64,000 nt of DNA from Macrostomum lignano. Its lineage: Eukaryota. Location of the stretch: positions 1-64,000 of the forward strand of contig NIVC01001953.1 in assembly GCA_002269645.1 (NCBI GenBank). The letters are read 5' to 3'. The notes below the pieces were generated by a model, which was given only the letters and a program-made list of their open reading frames with translations, did no database searches and had not been told where the DNA came from. This document shows positions 50,185 through 64,000 of the stretch, in pieces; position 1 is the stretch's first letter, and each line of letters opens with the position of its first letter. The position numbers and the translations under genes are program-made.

Positions 50185-53100
50185 ATGTCTAGCGATGCTG
50201 CAGTTGTTAGTGAAGCTCCTGTTGTTGCACAGCCTGATGATGGCGATAAGTCCAAGCAGCAGCAGCGGCCTCAGCAGCGCCAGAAGCTGGTGCTGAAAGT
50301 GCCCAAAGGCATGCACGATCGCCCGCCAGTGCAGATGTCTGTTCGCGAGGATGTGCTGCAAAAAATTGTTCGCGTTTTCAAAAGTCACGACGCCGAGTGC
50401 TTGGAGACACCCGGCGCTGAGCTGAAGGAGGTGCTCACTGGCAAATATGGAGAGGACTCTAAACTGATCTATGATATCTGCGATCAGGGGGGTGAACTGC
50501 TGAGTCTGCGTTATGATCTCACCGTGAGTCACTGCTTTGGTTCATGGTTCCCCATAATCCCCTAGTCTCTTCCCTTATCCCCATTGATCCTTTCAGTCTC
50601 TTCCCAATACCCATAATCCCTTCGGTCTCTTCCCTATCTCCATAATCCCTTCCGTCTCTTCCCCAATCCCCACAATCCATTCAGTCTCTTCCCCTATCCC
50701 CATAATCTCTTCAGTCTCTTCCCCTATCCCCATAATCCCTTCAGTCTCTTCCCCTATCCCCATAATCCCTTCAGTCTCTTCCCCTATCCCCATAATCCCT
50801 TCAGTCGCTTTTCATATTCCCCTAATTGCTTCAGTCTCTTCCCTTATCCCCATAATCCCTCAGTCGCTTCCCCTATCCCCATAATCCCACAGTAACTTCC
50901 CCTATACCCATAGTCCTTCAGTCGCTTCCCTATCCCCATAATCCCCTAGTCACTTTCCCATTATCCCCTCAGTCTTTTTCCCTTTTTCTATAATCTCCCT
51001 GTCGCTCGCCGCAGGTTCCGTTCGCCCGCTACGTGGCCATGAACAAGCTGCAGTCGATGCGGCGCTACCAGATCGGCCCGGTGTACAGACGGGACCAGCC
51101 AGCCATGACCCGCGGCCGCTATAGGGAATTCTACCAGTGCGACTTTGATATCGCCGGCGAATCCGAACCGATGCTGGCCGACTCCGAGTGCGTGCTCATC
51201 CTCACCGAGGTCCTGTCCGGCCTGGGCTTTTCCAACTACACTGTCCGAGTGAATCACCGCCTGCTGCTAGACGGCATCTTCCAGTGCTGCGGCGTGTCCG
51301 AGGCACTGTTTCGGCCAATCTGCTCGGCAGTTGACAAGCTGGACAAGTGCAGCTGGGACGAAGTGGCCAAAGAGATGTCAGACAAAGGCCTGGCGGACGA
51401 GCCTATCGAACGGATTCGTCAGCTGGTGCTAACGCCGCGTGGAGGCGCCGATCTTGTCGATCAGCTGAGAGAGAATCCCGCACTAAAGGGGAATGCGATG
51501 GTGAGGCTTGGAGCTTGTTGTTGATGTTTGAAAATGCTTGACAGGTCAGTGAGATGAGCTCTCTGATTGGTCAGCGAACAAGACATGTTGGAGCTTTCTT
51601 ATTGGTCAGCAGGTTAGAAATCATTATGGAGCTCTCTGATTGGTCAGTAGGTTAGAAATCATAATGGAGCTCTCTGATTGGTCAGCAGGTTAAAAATCAT
51701 AATGGAGCTCTATAATTGGTCAGCAGGTTAGAAATCATAATGGAGCTCTCTGATTGGTCAGCATTGAAATCTCAAAGTCTCAATCTCAAACTCCCACTGT
51801 CTCCAATCTAGGTAACGCAAGCCCTAGACGACATGAGTCGACTATTTCGCTACCTGTGCCTGTTAGGCTGCCCTGATCAAGTCCGATTTGACCTGAGCCT
51901 GGCCCGCGGCCTTGACTACTACACCGGCCTGATCTATGAGGCTGTACTGGAGCCAACGCCGGACTGCAACGTCACCGTTGGCAGCGTGGCCGGCGGCGGT
52001 CGCTACGACAAACTGGTCGGCATGTTCACCAAGAAGGACATACCGTGCGTTGGGCTCAGCATCGGGGTTGAACGATTGTTCACTATATTGGAGCAGATGC
52101 ACAAGGCTAAGGAGCAGAAGATACGGACCACTGCCACTCAGGTGAGCTGATTTTATCTGGATTGTCTCGATCTGGCACTCCAGTGTCCTCAGATACCGGC
52201 ACTCCAGTTGTCCTCAGATCCCTCAATCTGGCACTCCAGTTGTCCTCAGATCCCTCAATCTGGCACTCCAGTGTCCTCAGATCCCTCAATCTGGCACTCC
52301 AGTGTCCTCAGATCCCTAAATCTGGCACTCCAGTGTCCTCACATGCCCACCCTGGCACTCCAGTGTCCTCAGATCCCTCAATCTGGCACTCCAGTGTCCT
52401 CAGATCCCTCAATCTGGCACTCCAGTGTCCTCAGATCCCTCAATCTGGCACTCCAGTGCCCTCAGATCCCTCAATCTGGCACTCCAGTGCCCTCAGATCC
52501 CTCAATCTGGCACTCCAGTGCCCTCAGATCCCTCAATCTGGCACTCCAGTGTCCTCACATGCCCACCTTGGCACTCCAGTGCCCTCAGATCCCTCAATCT
52601 GGCACTCCAGTGTCCTCAGATCCCTCAATCTGGCACTCCAGTGTCCTCAGATCCCTCAATCTGGCACTCCAGTGTCCTCACATGCCCACCTTGGCACTCC
52701 AGTGTCCTCAGATCCCTCAATCTGGCACTCCAGTGTCCTCAGATCCCTCAAGCTGGCACTCCAGTGTCCCCAGATCCCTCAAGCTGGCACTCCAGTGTCC
52801 TCAGATCCCCTCTTAGCACTCCCATTGTCCTCAGGTCCTTGGCACTGTCACACCCGCACCCCACCCGTCCCCGCTGTCCAGGTGTACGTGTGCAGCGCCC
52901 AGAAGAACCTGTTAGAGGAGCGGCTTCGCCTCTGCGGCCAGTTGTGGCGCGCCGGCCTCCCAGCCGCCCACTCGTTGCGCTCGAATCCAAAATTGCTGAC
53001 TCAATTTCAATACTGCGAGGACACCGGAGTGCCGATCGCGCTGATTATTGGCGAGTCCGAGCTGCGCGACAATAAAGTGAAACTGCGCTGCATTGCCAGC

Positions 53101-53196
53101 CGAAAAGAGCGACTGGTAGATAGGGACTCTTGCGTTGATGAGGTGCGAGCCGAACTCGCTTCTCTAGCTGCTGCTCAGCAGAAGACTGAGCAGTAA
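50185..53196 (+). CDS. HARS: Histidyl-tRNA synthetase; exons 50185-50523, 51015-51500, 51812-52141, 52882-53196
   Basis: [17 protein letters not shown]|[53 protein letters not shown] and the anticodon-binding domain. All junctions are GT-AG, phase 0. Confidence 0.97.
50552..50980. repeat. 30-bp minisatellite CATAATCCCTTCAGTCTCTTCCCCTATCCC (HARS intron 1)
   Basis: Units at 50701, 50731 and 50761. Confidence 0.9.
51556..51762. repeat. 38-bp minisatellite containing CTGATTGGTCAG (HARS intron 2)
   Basis: Units at 51629 and 51667; ~5-6 copies. Confidence 0.9.
52170..52815. repeat. 31-bp minisatellite CTGGCACTCCAGTGTCCTCAGATCCCTCAAT (HARS intron 3)
   Basis: Units at 52261 and 52292; ~20 copies. 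Confidence 0.92.
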
Positions 53197-53399
53197 GGCT
53201 TTGCGTTGCAATTGTTACGAGGCTGCTTCTCTCTCTCTGCTTTTTGGGAACATAATTTATTGTTTTATGACTGGCGTTAACCTGGCTTACTGGCGTACTT
53301 CCGGTTCGTATTAACTATGACATTCAGGAAGTTCAAATTGATATTAAGGTTATCGACTCTTGGGTTAGATTAAGAAGGCTATTTTGTTTGAAATTAAGA

Positions 53400-54150
53400 A
53401 TGTACTTCCGGTTGAGACTATTGATGTAACTTCCGGTTGAGATTGAGGATGTACTTCCGGGTGCGATTATTGATGTACTTCCGGGTGAAATTATTTATGT
53501 ACTTTTGGGTGAGATTATTGATCTAACTTCCGGTTGAGGCTGAGGATGTACTTCCGGGGGAGATTATTTATGTACTTTTGGGTGAGATTATTTATGTACT
53601 TTCGGGTGAGATAATTGGTGTACTTCCGGGTGAGATTATTGATGGAATTTCGGTGAGATAATTGAGATAACTTCCAGTTGAGACTGAGGATGTACTTCCG
53701 GTTGAGTTGATGTAACTTCCGGTTGTAATTGAGGATGCACCTTCGGTTGAAATTATTGATATAACTTCGGTTGAGATTGAGGATGTAACTTCCGGTTGAG
53801 ATTGAGGATGTACTTCCGGGTGCGATTATTGATGTACTTCCGGGTGAAATTATTTATGTACTTTTGGGTGAGATTATTGATCTAACTTCCGGTTGAGGCT
53901 GAGGATGTACTTCCGGGGGAGATTATTTATGTACTTTTGGGTGAGATTATTTATGTACTTTCGGGTGAGATAATTGGTGTACTTCCGGGTGAGATTATTG
54001 ATGGAATTTCGGTGAGATAATTGAGATAACTTCCAGTTGAGACTGAGGATGTACTTCCGGTTGAGTTGATGTAACTTCCGGTTGTAATTGAAGATGCACT
54101 TCCGGTTGAGACTGAGGATGTACTTCCGGGTGAGATTATTGGTGTACTTT
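53400..54150. repeat. ~24-bp degenerate minisatellite with ACTTCCGG core and a ~360-bp higher-order duplication
   Basis: GATGTACTTCCGG(T/G)TGAGATT units; the block at 53422 is repeated at ~53783. Confidence 0.88.
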
Positions 54151-54814
54151 TGGGTAAAGTTAAGAATGATGCACTTCTAAGCTCCGGGTCGTTCAGTTAA
54201 GCCTACAGGTTAGCGTCAGGGAAATCTCTCACATGACAGCCTCTCTGTTACCGACAGCTTTGTCAATTAAAAAAATACGTACAAGTTGCAATCTATAATC
54301 AAATCTATTTGCAGAAATGTTTAGCTGCTAACATCTATCATACTCGTATTAGTCAATCTGGCTGAGGGCCTTTTTGGCTTCTAATGGAATCGAAGTGGCT
54401 ATAAATATTGGCTGTCGGAAGGTTCACTAAATTGCATTAAATTAAAAGGCCAAGATGCTCTTTTCGTACTACTTATGTGTTATGTGTTAAGTAGTAATAA
54501 TAAGCGTATGTGCGTTTTAATTTTCTGCACATAATTTAATTTTTTCCTAATAGTGAAATCCCCTTGGCTTTTCATTTTTTTCTGAACGCTTGTCCTAGGT
54601 AAAAATAAAGATTACAAATTAACAAATATATTATCGGAGAGAAAATGTCTATCTGTCTACCGGTACTCAGCCGCAGCCCCTTCCGGGTGATATTTAACCA
54701 TTTTATTTGTTAAAATCATGTGTTTTGTCACTTTTAAAAGCAGTTATTTACTCGAAGAAGTGTTGTAGTTTCAAGGTTAATTACTGTCTTAAAGTTTCGT
54801 CCCCTTGTCTCATC

Positions 54815-55105
54815 ATCAGTTGCTGGGCGAGCCTCCCAGATCCTCAGCTGCTGGACCAGCTTTCCCAGATCCTCAGTTGCTGGGCCAGCCTCCCAGATCC
54901 TCAGTTGCTGGGCCAGCCTCCCAGATCCTCAGTTGCTGGGCCAGCCTCCCAGATCCTCAGTTGCTGGGCCAGCCTTTCAGATCCCCAGTTGCTGGGCCAG
55001 CCTCCCAGATCCTCAGTTGCTGGGCCAGCCTCCCAGATCCTCAGTTGCTGGGCCAGCCTTTCAGATCCCCAGTTGCTGGGCCAGCCTCCCAGACCCTCAG
55101 TTGCT
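54815..55105. repeat. 28-bp minisatellite CAGATCCTCAGTTGCTGGGCCAGCCTCC
   Basis: About 10 units. Confidence 0.9.
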
Positions 55106-55725
55106 GGGCCGCCACCATTACCTTCTACTAAATTTACCTGTTCATCATAAACTAAAACGGGGAAATTACTCAAATGGGCTCCTCATCACTACCGTCAGTC
55201 ATCTCAGCTAATGAAATTAGTCCTGACAAGCACTGTTGAAGTCCGTCTCGTTGCAAATAGCCCCTCAATGTAAACTGAAGGCAATAATAAGGAAGAGTGC
55301 TTCTCGTTCGAGAGTAGGCTTTTTACGAGCAATCTCTGGGAATGAGCTTTCCCAGGTGAGTTTATAAAACAACAAGAAATAACATGCCATATTTTCCTAA
55401 ATGGCTTTGGGTGTATTGTACCCTGTGAAATCCTCTCTAGATGGCAATCAGGGGAGTATTATTTGCGTTCAGCATCTGCATCAATTATTGAGAGAATTAT
55501 GAGAAGCGAATGCTAGCAGAACTGTACAACAGCTGCGTGACAAACAGAAAACCACTGTACTGTACATTGTACAACCTATATAATTCAAACTGGCCATCGA
55601 GATAGTAACATTTGAATTTTAAAATAGTTTCAATCTCGATATAATGTACTATCCTACGTCGAGTATAGTTGGTACATAATTACATATTACAAGTATTGTT
55701 TCGACTGGAGCACGAGTTATATTAG

Positions 55726-63703
<7,978 letters not shown>

Positions 63704-63741
63704 CTGCAATCGGTTGCAAAAACGATTTTCTTCATGCACCA

Positions 63742-64000
63742 AGACCCATGCGACAAGGAGCAGCTTCTGCACAAAGACCCATGCGACAAGGAGCAGCTTC
63801 TGCACAAAGACCCAAGCGACACAGAGTACTCTCCAGTTTCTGCACAAAGACCCATGCGACACAGAGCACTCTTCAGCTTCTGCACAAAGACCCATGCGAC
63901 ACAGAGTACTCTCCAGCTTCTGCACAAAGACCCATGCGGCACAGAGTACTCTTCAGCTTCTGCACAAAGACCCATGCGACACAGAGCACTCTTCAGCTTC
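63742..64000. repeat. 40-bp minisatellite TGCACAAAGACCCATGCGACACAGAGCACTCTTCAGCTTC
   Basis: Units at 63841, 63881 and 63921; runs off the window end. Confidence 0.9.

Noticed and set aside
52162-52881. Repeat-encoded N-terminal part of ORF 52162-53196
   Set aside because: This is HARS intron 3. The true exon starts at the acceptor at 52881/52882.

Overview
Repeat-rich eukaryotic (invertebrate metazoan) genomic DNA, not prokaryotic. GC-rich spliced exons sit among minisatellite-filled introns, a style reminiscent of Macrostomum-type flatworms (inference only). Conserved host genes: the 3' part of a filamin gene (1322-4634, +, with four single-base frameshifts), RPL38 (49082-49294), a 4-exon histidyl-tRNA synthetase (50185-53196) and the 3' six exons of a ZP-domain transmembrane protein (63703-55726, -). 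Between them lies an accessory block. It contains a cluster of three intronless paralogous ~450-aa all-helical proteins starting MG (two with a canonical myristoylation motif) that I cannot assign to a family (23415, 26642, 34673), and a small neuropeptide-precursor-like exon. It also contains many mobile elements whose ends and target-site duplications can be read directly: two solo LTRs, a near-intact RTE-type LINE with an HDV-like ribozyme motif at its 5' end, a nested stack (Merlin > hAT > foldback > MITE), a full-length decayed mariner and SINEs. Most unusual signals: the myristoylated helical-protein cluster with two hypervariable amphipathic segments, the ribozyme motif, a ~2.9 kb stretch with about one CpG, and minisatellites made of transcription-factor or branch-point consensus motifs. 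Coordinates and identities were read by eye; no database searches were run.
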